Source: Candidatus Poribacteria bacterium (lineage in GTDB: Bacteria > Poribacteria > WGA-4E > WGA-3G). From it: a DNA stretch of 64,000 bases. The stretch lies in NCBI GenBank assembly GCA_022821495.1, contig JAJEDN010000043.1, positions 2,524 to 66,523 of the forward strand, read 5' to 3'. A program made the translations under genes and the position numbers. The notes below the pieces were generated by a model. The model was not told where the DNA came from and did no database searches. It saw only the letters and a program-made list of their open reading frames with translations. Positions 54,401 through 63,158 of this stretch are shown here, in pieces (the first letter of the stretch is position 1; each line of letters starts with the position of its first letter).

Positions 54401-56554
54401 CTATAGACTAAATAGATAGGTAAATTTGCTCAAGACTGTCCAGTCGTGCGCGTGGAAACCGTCCGATGTATCCCACGCTTGATCGTATACGAGGTAAAAA
54501 TCGCTTCCGGGACGGTAGATGTAATTGAGCAAGAAATTCGCGCTTGCCCGTTCCGCACTATCGTTCCATTGTGTGTATAATTTAGTAAAGAAACGGGTAT
54601 TTAGTGCATAACTAATACGTGCGCCAACAACGTTTGTTGTGAACAGATCCGTTTCGGGCAAATTAATCCAGTTGCGTTGATAACGGGTTTCGATCGCGAG
54701 TTGATACGTCATCCGCCACTGACTATCAATGCTGACCCCCACGCGGTTGCCGTGAAAATAGTCTCCATAATCCAGGCGGCCGAATACAGCAAACGGACGA
54801 CTACTCTCGGTGAACCCTCTTAGCGAAACCTGATTCATCTCATAATCACCAGCAGGAATCTCCACATCACCGATACTAAAGGATTCATCAACGCGGTCAA
54901 AAAATCGTCGGAAATCAAGATTAAGCCCGTCGTCTGAATACCGAATCACATCCGCGTCGATCCCGATGTCCCAACCGATGCGTGTGTTATCGTGATTGAG
55001 TAGGTAACCACCGGAGAAGCCTGCGCCGACATCCCGTATACCGTACCGACTGATTTGGACTTCGTAGTTGGTATTCAACATGAGCGACCGGATGTCCCTT
55101 CGATGCATGAACCCCATTTCGCTCGTAAATTGGGGACCGATGTCAAGATAAGAAGCATTAACGCGGAAATGCTTGTTTCGCCAATCATTTGAGAGGTACC
55201 ATGCCATATCGCGTTCTTCTGGATCTGGCGACCAACTCCCAGCCGTCATAGCACGCATCCGCCACTGATCGTGTGGTCTGAGAAACAGGTCTATCCCTCC
55301 ATTGCGATGGTAATCGCTACCGAAATCGCTTTGTCGGTTAGTGAGAATGAAGCCGACGGTTGAATCGCTAAGAATATCACGTTGCATTCTTAGCACAGAG
55401 AAGTTCGTCATAGGAATTTCCCCTGAAGCATCGGTTGTCATGTTGAGCGCACCTATACTGTAAGCACCGACCTTTCCCGTTAGTTTACCGCCACCGAGCA
55501 GCCGGACCTCCTTTTCATCTTCAATCCCAATGCTGCGACTATAGAAAATCGACAACGGCGGTGGACCGAAACCTCCGATCCCTGCGCCAAAGGCAAATAG
55601 TCCGCTACCCTCAAGGAAGAAATCGCGCCGCTCAGGAAAATAAAGACTAAATCGTGTGAGGTTAACCTCTTCCTGGTCCGCTTCTACTTGTGCGAAATCG
55701 GTATTCAGCGTCAAATCTAAAGTCAGGTTAGAGGTTACACCGTATTTCATGTCCAATCCGAGGTCGCGTTCAGTGGTACGCTGCCAGTCTCCATCTTCGA
55801 GATTCCTTGCCAAACCACCGAGGAGATACGGTTTAACATCAAAATAGGATGGCGACACAATACCTTGTAGCCCTGTGAGTTTACCTTGATATATCGGATG
55901 ATATGTCCCGGGCCAACTCTGACTCCGAGGCACCTGAATCCACTGCGTCGTTTGATTAAGCCTTGCAATGTTGCGTCCAAAATTCACACCCCATACCATC
56001 GAATCTTTTTTCTTAAACCGGAGTTGATTAAACGGAATCGCAATTTCGACTGTCCACCCTTTTTCGTGTTGTCGTCCCGCAGCTTCCCAGATACAGTCCC
56101 AACTTCCGTTGAGGTTTTCGCCGCCATCAGTGACAGCAGTGTCTGACAGCGCGCCGAGGGCATTCGTCCGAAAGAAGAAACACTGCCGCTTATCGCCATA
56201 AGTGTCAAGCATAATGTAAACATTATCATTTTGCCAGAGTTGCCCGTCGCGCCGCATTTCGTTGGCAACAACCCTATCAGGTTCGGAATCGTAGCACTCA
56301 AATCCGATGTAAAGTTTTTCTGTGTCATACAACATACGAACTTCTGTGCGCTCGGTAGCTGGTTGACCTTCATTAGGGAATTGTTGGGTAAAGTCGTCAA
56401 TCATTTGGGTCTGAGACCAGGCTTCTTCGTTGAGGTGCCCATCAATTTCGATCGCCTCATGCGTCAACAGCGGTTTGATTTCTTTGTTGGCTTCAACATT
56501 CAAGGTCACTGCAGCGATCACCGCGAATATCAGAAGAACGATTCTGTGGTGCAT
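54401..56554 (-). CDS. CBM9-like / DUF5916-type secreted (probably outer-membrane) protein
   Basis: ATG 56554 follows AAGGAGA, then a signal peptide. IDGHLNEEAWSQ...DDFTQQFPNEGQPATERTEVRMLYD...LYIGFECYD is the CBM9-like N-terminus. The rest is a long, beta-rich, aromatic-rich region. Confidence 0.65.
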   Translation of the reverse strand: MHHRIVLLIFAVIAAVTLNVEANKEIKPLLTHEAIEIDGHLNEEAWSQTQMIDDFTQQFPNEGQPATERTEVRMLYDTEKLYIGFECYDSEPDRVVANEMRRDGQLWQNDNVYIMLDTYGDKRQCFFFRTNALGALSDTAVTDGGENLNGSWDCIWEAAGRQHEKGWTVEIAIPFNQLRFKKKDSMVWGVNFGRNIARLNQTTQWIQVPRSQSWPGTYHPIYQGKLTGLQGIVSPSYFDVKPYLLGGLARNLEDGDWQRTTERDLGLDMKYGVTSNLTLDLTLNTDFAQVEADQEEVNLTRFSLYFPERRDFFLEGSGLFAFGAGIGGFGPPPLSIFYSRSIGIEDEKEVRLLGGGKLTGKVGAYSIGALNMTTDASGEIPMTNFSVLRMQRDILSDSTVGFILTNRQSDFGSDYHRNGGIDLFLRPHDQWRMRAMTAGSWSPDPEERDMAWYLSNDWRNKHFRVNASYLDIGPQFTSEMGFMHRRDIRSLMLNTNYEVQISRYGIRDVGAGFSGGYLLNHDNTRIGWDIGIDADVIRYSDDGLNLDFRRFFDRVDESFSIGDVEIPAGDYEMNQVSLRGFTESSRPFAVFGRLDYGDYFHGNRVGVSIDSQWRMTYQLAIETRYQRNWINLPETDLFTTNVVGARISYALNTRFFTKLYTQWNDSAERASANFLLNYIYRPGSDFYLVYDQAWDTSDGFHAHDWTVLSKFTYLFSL

Positions 56555-57014
56555 CTTTTCTCCTTTTTTAGATTTTCCTGCCTGCAAACGTCATATTTTA
56601 TTATCCTTTAAAAAAGAAAGACCCTCACCGAAATCTCATTTTGTGGTGTTCAGTGATGGGCGTTATATTGTGTAATTCGGAAAGTGTTTTATGCTTCACT
56701 TACTCGCCACCACTGCGCGACATGAAATACCAATCAGCACGACACCAAGACCGATGAACGTGCAGCGGCAATTTTTATGCGTCAGTGTGATAGACGATAA
56801 ATAAAACATCCGAGAGTCCTATTTAGAATTCATATATGTTAAGTATTGTAACATATTTTAGGCGTAAATGTCAAATTTTTTATATTCCTATTGACACTAA
56901 AACCTTTAACCTTCGGGTTTCTGAAAAATTCATATTTCTTTAAAAAAAGTAAAGTGGTTCACAACGAAAGATGAAAATGAATAGTTGTATCTCAGTTTTA
57001 CAACTTCGGAAAAC

Positions 57015-57043
57015 TTGACGAGACAGCGGATGTGGGTTATAAT
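57015..57043 (+). promoter_or_regulatory. sigma70-like promoter TTGACG-N17-TATAAT
   Basis: Read directly from the sequence. It would give a ~235-nt leader before ATG 57283. Confidence 0.5.
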
Positions 57044-57282
57044 AGGTCGCAAGACGCGTGTTGAAACCGAAACGTAAAAATAAAGAGGATATTTTCATGT
57101 ACTCCGCATGAGCCGCCTCAAAGGGTATATTGCTCCCTTTCTCAAACTACACAACTTGGTCTTGTGATAAAAATTCAAACGGGACAAGTAGACCCGCAAA
57201 CTGCAAGCCTTCTAATATTATACCCAGAGTAGGACATATCTATAGCAGCGTCCTTTCCTTTATTCCTTAAGGTATCCATTGC

Positions 57283-58836
57283 ATGAAAACCTACAGAATA
57301 TCTTTACTCAGTTTGCTAACTTTAGGGGTTCTGTTTTCATGCGCGCGAACACCCCAAGAGATTTTTGAAGGTCCTGTGGTCGGCCCAATGCCTGAAGGCA
57401 AAAACCGTTTTACTGTTGTCCGTGTAGAGGGCAGACATGGGGCTGCGAGCGGCTTTTTCGTGGAACCTGACAAAGTCGCAACCAACATTCACGTCGTCGC
57501 ACGCCCCGGACCCGTTTTCATAAAATCGCCTGATAAGCAGAAAGTCTGGAGTGTTGAGGGTGTAATGGCATTTGATGTTAAAAACGATCTCGTTGTTTTA
57601 AAGGTTATAGGTGAAGGCATACCGTTTCTACTTGCCAACAGCGATGCTGTTAGCGTAGGCGACGTAATAGTTGCCACAGGCTACCCCGGTGGGAAGTACA
57701 GAGGCACACAAGGAATCGTCAATCGTGTGCGCACTAACGACAGGTGGATCCAGATGAAAATCAGTCTTTCTGGTGGCAGCAGTGGTAGTCCAGTTCGGAA
57801 CAGTAAAGGACAAGTCATCGGAATCGTTTCTGCCGTAGAAAATCCTTACAGCTACGCCATTCCCTCAAACGCGCTAAGGACTTTGATTGATCGCTCAAGG
57901 CTTGCAGAGCCTTTGACGCAGTGGCGTAAACGAAAACATATCCGTGCCTATATCTATTCCGTTCAAGGACAACATAAATACAATGCGAATCGCTATGACG
58001 AAGCTGTTGCTGATTTTGATAAAGCCATCAAACTAAATCATCAGAAGGTGGGTGCTTACTACAATCGCGGGCTCGCAAAATTCACGCTTGGGGATCTTGA
58101 ATTCGCTCAAGGAAATCTGGAGAAGGCTCGGCAATTATATGAAGCTGGAATTGAGGACAGCACGCAAGCCATCAAACTTAACCCTGAAGATGCTTATGCC
58201 TACCACAATCGCGCGGGGGGCAAATTCCGCCTCGGTCAGTTTGAAGCGAATCAGGGGAATATAGTGAAAGGGCAAGCATACTATCAAGGTGCGATTCACG
58301 ATTGGACGCAAGTTATTGCGCTGGATTCAGAACTTGCTGATCCATATAACAATCGCGGTATAGCGAAGGCGACCCTTGGTGAATCAAAAATAAAGCAGGG
58401 AGCCATAACGGATGCACAAACACTATATGTAGAGGCGATCCAAGACTGTACGCAAGCGATACGGCTAAATCCAGGGTATGCTGAACCATACATCAATCGT
58501 GGATATGCACGGTTCCGACTCGGTAAGACGAAAGTGGATCACGGGGACATAGCGAGTGCGAGGGAATTATATGCAGCCGCCATTCAAGACTTCACCGAAG
58601 CGATACGATTCGCCCCAGAAAGTGCTTATGCTTACGGCAATCGAGGTGTTGCCAAGGCTGCGCTTGGTGATGCTGAAGGCGCGATAAAGGACTTTGATAC
58701 GGCGCTTCAAATTAACCCAGAATACGCTGAAATCTACTACGATCGCGGACGTGCGAAAGAGACACTTGGGCAACACGACGCAGCGCAGGCAGATTTTGAG
58801 AAGGCTAAGGAACTGGATCCAGATGTCGGACAGTAA
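57283..58836 (+). CDS. lipoprotein: trypsin-like (S1/DegP-type) serine protease domain + TPR-like repeats
   Basis: Lipobox is LFSC. The triad context is intact (ATNIHVV, KNDLVVLKV, SGGSSGSPV). The C-terminal half is YNNRG-type TPR repeats. Confidence 0.75.
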   Translation: MKTYRISLLSLLTLGVLFSCARTPQEIFEGPVVGPMPEGKNRFTVVRVEGRHGAASGFFVEPDKVATNIHVVARPGPVFIKSPDKQKVWSVEGVMAFDVKNDLVVLKVIGEGIPFLLANSDAVSVGDVIVATGYPGGKYRGTQGIVNRVRTNDRWIQMKISLSGGSSGSPVRNSKGQVIGIVSAVENPYSYAIPSNALRTLIDRSRLAEPLTQWRKRKHIRAYIYSVQGQHKYNANRYDEAVADFDKAIKLNHQKVGAYYNRGLAKFTLGDLEFAQGNLEKARQLYEAGIEDSTQAIKLNPEDAYAYHNRAGGKFRLGQFEANQGNIVKGQAYYQGAIHDWTQVIALDSELADPYNNRGIAKATLGESKIKQGAITDAQTLYVEAIQDCTQAIRLNPGYAEPYINRGYARFRLGKTKVDHGDIASARELYAAAIQDFTEAIRFAPESAYAYGNRGVAKAALGDAEGAIKDFDTALQINPEYAEIYYDRGRAKETLGQHDAAQADFEKAKELDPDVGQ

Positions 58837-58867
58837 CGCTGAATAATAAAATTAGAGGTATCCATTC

Positions 58868-61800
58868 ATGAAACGAAACATCAAATCTTTATTGGTTTTA
58901 CTAACATTAGGTCTTTTTATCTCTTGTGCGCGGGCACCGCAGCTGATTTCTGAGAAACCCATCGCGCCAACTGTCGACTTAACGTCAGAAAAAGTAAAAG
59001 ATGCCATCGTCCTGATTGAGAGCGAGAACACATCTGGTACAGGGTTCTTCGTCGCACCAGACAAGATCGCAACGAGCATTCATGTCGTCGCACCCACGGG
59101 TCCCATTTCTATAAAATCTCTTGACGAGGAGAAAAGTTGGACAATAGAAGGTGTTGTTGCGTATGATACCGAAAACAAACTCGTCATCCTAAAACTCACG
59201 AGTGAAGGCACACCACTGCCTTTAGGAAATAGCAATACGCTTGAAATTGGTGAGTCTATCTCTATTCTGGACTACCCCGATGGAGAATACAAGGTCACGG
59301 ACACCAGTATACAAAGCATCCGAAAGAATAATAAATGGCTTAGGATAAAAACAACGACTTCTAAAGAGACCAACGGCAGTCCAGTGCTTAACAATAAGGG
59401 TCGAGTCATTGGGGTTATCGTGCCGTATGGTGTCGGCTCTTACAGTTACGCGATGCCTTCAAGCGCGCTTGAGGCATTGCTTGACAGGTCCATGCCAGTA
59501 GAACCTTTAGCAGCGTGGCAAAAGCGAGAACAAATCCGCACTGAGGCACATTACAGTTTAGGTGTAGAAAAATTCAGTGTTAAAGATTATGCGGGCGCGA
59601 TCGTTGACTTTGATAAAGCCATCGAACTCAATCCTAAGTATGTCCGCGCCTGCTACGAGCGCGGAAGAGCACAGACTCGCCTCGGTAACTATGCTAACGG
59701 GATTGCTTCCTTGACGCAGGTTATCAAAATGGCTCCAGAGGACGCTGATGCTTACCATGGTCGTGGAACTATAGAGGCTATACTCGGTAACTATGCCGAT
59801 GCGATTCTCGACCTTGATAAAGCCATTGAACTTGATGCTGTGCATCCGATTGCTTATAGTAATCGCGGTGCTGTGAAGCGCAAGCTTGGCAAATCTGAGG
59901 CTGCCCATGGCAACGCTAAGGAAGCACAGCGTTTATATGAAGAAGCAATAGCCGATTGTGATAAAGCCCTCCAAATTGATCCAGAGTATGCCAATGCCTA
60001 CAACAATCGAGGCGGTGCCAAGTTGGCTCTCGATGATTTTGAAGGCGCAATACCTGATTTCGGTAGAGCCATTGAGATTGATCCAGAGAATGCGGATGTT
60101 TATAACAATCGGGGATGGGCAAAATTCAAGTTCGGCGAATCCGAGAATATACGCGGGAATGCTAAAGAAGCGCAGCGTTTGTATGAAGCAGCGATTGAAG
60201 ACTATACACGGACCATCGAGATTGATTCAGAGCATACGCATGCCTATAATAATCGAGGACTTGTAAGGTCCAAACTTGGCGAATCCGAGGACGACCGTGG
60301 GAATGTAGAGAAGGCACAGGGGCTATATAAGGAAGCAATTAAAGATCATACGCGAGCCATTGATATTAATCCAAAAGATGCTGATGCCTATAGTAATAGG
60401 GGGCGTGTAAGGTTCAAGCTTGGCGAATCCGAAGTCACACGCGCCAATGCTAAGGAAGCGCAGAATTTGTATAAATCAGTGATAGCCGATTGTGGTAAAG
60501 CCATTGAGATTGATCCGGAGAATACTGATGCTTACAACAATCGGGGATCTGCGCAGTTTCGTCTTGGAACATTCGCCTTTGACCGTGGAGATGTACGGAA
60601 AGCACAAGAGCTATATAAGGGGGCAATTGAAGATTGTACGCGAGCCATTGATATTAATCCAGAGAATGCCGATACCTACCACAAACGGGGAATTGTGAAG
60701 TGTAAACTTGGAGATATTAAATCCGAGATGGGGAACGCGGAAATAATACAGCAGTTGTATCACGAGGGTATCACTGATTTTGATAGATACACTCGTCTGA
60801 AGTATCCTGAGAATGTTAATGAGCCTGTAGCAAATATGGCATCCGAAAAGGTTATAAATTCCGTAGTCCGTGTATTGAGTTGGGATGATAAATTTTCCGT
60901 TAGTAGCGGTTTTTTTGTAGAGAAAGACAAGATCGCAACGAACATCCACAGCGTTGCCAAAACTGGTCCCGCTTATGTAACACTCAGGAATGAAGAAGCA
61001 ATCTGGAAGGTTGAGGAAGTCACCGCGTTTGATGTAGAAAATGATCTTGTCATCCTAAAAATTGCAGGTGAAGGTATCCCGCTACCCCTTGGGGACAGTA
61101 ACGTACTCCAAAGCGGTGAACTTGTTGTTGCTGTGGGGTACCCCGGCGGGGGATATAAAGTCACGACAGGCGTTATAGATAGCATCCGGAACGGTGGTAA
61201 ATCGATCTGGATGAAAGTTGTAATTTCGGGTGGAAATAGTGGGGGTCCTGCGTTAAACAGTAAGGGACAAGTCATAGGTATTAATACTGCTGTAGGTGAA
61301 CATTATGCCTATGCTATGCCTTCAAATGCGCTCAAAGCATTGATTGCTCAGCCGGGATCAACCGAACCATTGGGAAAGTGGCGTAAACGAGACCATATTC
61401 GTGCCCACGCTTACTGCATTCAGGGACAACAGAAATACCAATCCGATCGCTATCCTGAAGCATTATCTCACTTTGATATATCCATACAACTCAATCCTGC
61501 ATTCATTAGTGCCTACAAAGGGCGCGGAAGTATTAACGCCAACCTTGGTAATCACGAAAAGGCTGTAGCCGATTATAATACAGTCATTCGACTTAACCCA
61601 GACGATGCTGCAGCCTATCACAATCGAGGATATGCTCATTTCCAACTTGGTAAATCCAAATCTTCCCGCGGGAAGGCAGAGGAAGCACGAAAGTTATATC
61701 AGGCAGCTGTTGAAGACTGGACACAAGCCATTAAGTTAGTACCGGAGTATACCGATGTTTATAATGATCGCGGTGTTGCAAGACTTATGCTCGGTGACTA

Positions 61801-61963
61801 TGAAAAAGCAATAATTGACTTTGATAAAGTTATTCAGATTAACCCTAAAAGTGCTAAATCCTACTACAATCGCGGGCGTGCAAAAGAGGCACTTGGGCAG
61901 AAGGAAGCCGCACAGATGGATTTTCAAAAGGCTAAGGAACTGGATCCAGATGTCAGACAGTAA
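58868..61963 (+). CDS. lipoprotein: degenerate protease domain + TPR-like repeats + intact trypsin-like protease domain + TPR repeats
   Basis: Lipobox is FISC. Domain 1 reads ATSIHVV, ENKLVILKL (D to K) and SKETNGSPV (S to N). Domain 2 reads ATNIHSV, ENDLVILKI and SGGNSGGPA. More than 12 TPR-like units are present. Confidence 0.75.
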   Translation: MKRNIKSLLVLLTLGLFISCARAPQLISEKPIAPTVDLTSEKVKDAIVLIESENTSGTGFFVAPDKIATSIHVVAPTGPISIKSLDEEKSWTIEGVVAYDTENKLVILKLTSEGTPLPLGNSNTLEIGESISILDYPDGEYKVTDTSIQSIRKNNKWLRIKTTTSKETNGSPVLNNKGRVIGVIVPYGVGSYSYAMPSSALEALLDRSMPVEPLAAWQKREQIRTEAHYSLGVEKFSVKDYAGAIVDFDKAIELNPKYVRACYERGRAQTRLGNYANGIASLTQVIKMAPEDADAYHGRGTIEAILGNYADAILDLDKAIELDAVHPIAYSNRGAVKRKLGKSEAAHGNAKEAQRLYEEAIADCDKALQIDPEYANAYNNRGGAKLALDDFEGAIPDFGRAIEIDPENADVYNNRGWAKFKFGESENIRGNAKEAQRLYEAAIEDYTRTIEIDSEHTHAYNNRGLVRSKLGESEDDRGNVEKAQGLYKEAIKDHTRAIDINPKDADAYSNRGRVRFKLGESEVTRANAKEAQNLYKSVIADCGKAIEIDPENTDAYNNRGSAQFRLGTFAFDRGDVRKAQELYKGAIEDCTRAIDINPENADTYHKRGIVKCKLGDIKSEMGNAEIIQQLYHEGITDFDRYTRLKYPENVNEPVANMASEKVINSVVRVLSWDDKFSVSSGFFVEKDKIATNIHSVAKTGPAYVTLRNEEAIWKVEEVTAFDVENDLVILKIAGEGIPLPLGDSNVLQSGELVVAVGYPGGGYKVTTGVIDSIRNGGKSIWMKVVISGGNSGGPALNSKGQVIGINTAVGEHYAYAMPSNALKALIAQPGSTEPLGKWRKRDHIRAHAYCIQGQQKYQSDRYPEALSHFDISIQLNPAFISAYKGRGSINANLGNHEKAVADYNTVIRLNPDDAAAYHNRGYAHFQLGKSKSSRGKAEEARKLYQAAVEDWTQAIKLVPEYTDVYNDRGVARLMLGDYEKAIIDFDKVIQINPKSAKSYYNRGRAKEALGQKEAAQMDFQKAKELDPDVRQ
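60101..60820 (+). repeat. five in-frame 144-bp tandem repeats (48-residue TPR-like units)
   Basis: The Tyr codon of the Y-N/S/H-N/K-R-G motif recurs at 60101, 60245, 60389, 60533 and 60677. One more 144-nt unit lies at 59855..59998, separated from the array by a canonical 102-nt TPR. Confidence 0.85.
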
Positions 61964-61988
61964 CTCTGGAGAATAAAATTAGAGGTAT

Positions 61989-63101
61989 CTATTGAGGATT
62001 ATCTGCCTCAAATACACGCTGTGCCGCAGCGGATAGTTTTCCTTGGGCCGCGGCCTGTTCCACCCAATGGGTCGGAATGCCATTTGTCCATTTGGATGGA
62101 TCTGCTTCTGAGTCGGGCGTTCGATACGCCATAAGCAGTCCCCATCGGGTCGGCATCCCTGGCTTCCGATAGCCAACATAATGTGGCATGTGATGGACAA
62201 ACGAAACCATGCTTCCGGGCGGTAGTGAGAGGTGTACGATTTCCAACGGCTGCCCTGTGAAAGCGTGAATTTTGCCTTTCAGCCAGCCCGCCTTCATGGC
62301 AGCGTCATCATCGGGTCGTTCCGTGCTCCATTTGTACGGAATCCGATAGAGATGTGCACCGGGGATAATCGCAAGTTCGCCGCCATCCTCGATAGTTGCC
62401 CCTTCTGGATAGCACAAGGTCCGAATACACTGCTGTTGTAGAAAATCAGTGGTAAGCGCGTGTCCAGTCCCAATCGGGTCATCAACTTCGTATTGTCCCT
62501 CCCGATATTGGTGTGCATGCCACCGGCGCCCTTTTGAACCCGGTGCCCGGTTGAGCATGAAGCAGTGATCGAGTATAAATCGGTCTCCGAAAAGTTTCCT
62601 GAAGAGTGCCATCATCTGTGGATGAGCAGATGTCACGTCCATTATAAAGTCGTCGTATCCTGCAGGAAAGTATTCCGGCATGACACCTTGTGACTTGAAC
62701 CCATGTGTGACCAACGCGTTGCCCGGTCCGAACAGCCCCTGAGTATGCATATATTGACGCAACTCAGCGGTTCTGAGGAAACTGGGCATTTGCTCTGAAC
62801 CACCACAGCACGCCGCCAAAAACGCCGGCGCAATTTGTTCTGGCAAAGGCTGCGGAAACCCCCGCGCCTCAAAGTCGATAGCATTCCACTCCGTATCCAT
62901 GAGGATCGCATCGTTCATCTGTTGTAACTTCTGTAAGCTGGCTGTCCACTGCTGACGGGCAGCATCCGTTAGTATCCCTTCCCATACCCAATATCCATCG
63001 TGCTCAAACGCAGTCCGGTCAAACGCTTCAAGTACTTCCAGTTTCAACAGGTTGTCCACACGATTTTCCGGGGAATCTCTGTGTGTCGATAACGTATCCA
63101 T
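61989..63101 (-). CDS. PhyH-like cupin oxygenase homolog with H-x-H in place of H-x-D
   Basis: AAGGAG RBS. GSKGRRWHAHQY, ELAIIPGAH and SFVHHMPH are colinear with the PhyH motifs of the other two PhyH genes in the window. Confidence 0.45.
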   Translation of the reverse strand: MDTLSTHRDSPENRVDNLLKLEVLEAFDRTAFEHDGYWVWEGILTDAARQQWTASLQKLQQMNDAILMDTEWNAIDFEARGFPQPLPEQIAPAFLAACCGGSEQMPSFLRTAELRQYMHTQGLFGPGNALVTHGFKSQGVMPEYFPAGYDDFIMDVTSAHPQMMALFRKLFGDRFILDHCFMLNRAPGSKGRRWHAHQYREGQYEVDDPIGTGHALTTDFLQQQCIRTLCYPEGATIEDGGELAIIPGAHLYRIPYKWSTERPDDDAAMKAGWLKGKIHAFTGQPLEIVHLSLPPGSMVSFVHHMPHYVGYRKPGMPTRWGLLMAYRTPDSEADPSKWTNGIPTHWVEQAAAQGKLSAAAQRVFEADNPQ

Positions 63102-63158
63102 TCACTTCTCCTTTGGCGAGGAAATTCAAGCTGTTTAATTATAACACAAGTGTCATTA

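Noticed and set aside
57044-57282. Long leader of the protease-TPR gene, examined for riboswitch, tmRNA, RNase P, 6S or SRP signatures.
   Set aside because: None of the conserved cores I know is visible (for example the RNase P GAGGAAAGUCC box or the SRP GGAA-containing domain IV). It is left as an unexplained leader.
59855-60820. Regular 144-bp repeats, considered as a possible CRISPR-like or satellite array.
   Set aside because: The repeats are in-frame coding TPR-like units inside a continuous 1031-aa ORF. There is no repeat-spacer structure, and no cas genes are present in the window.
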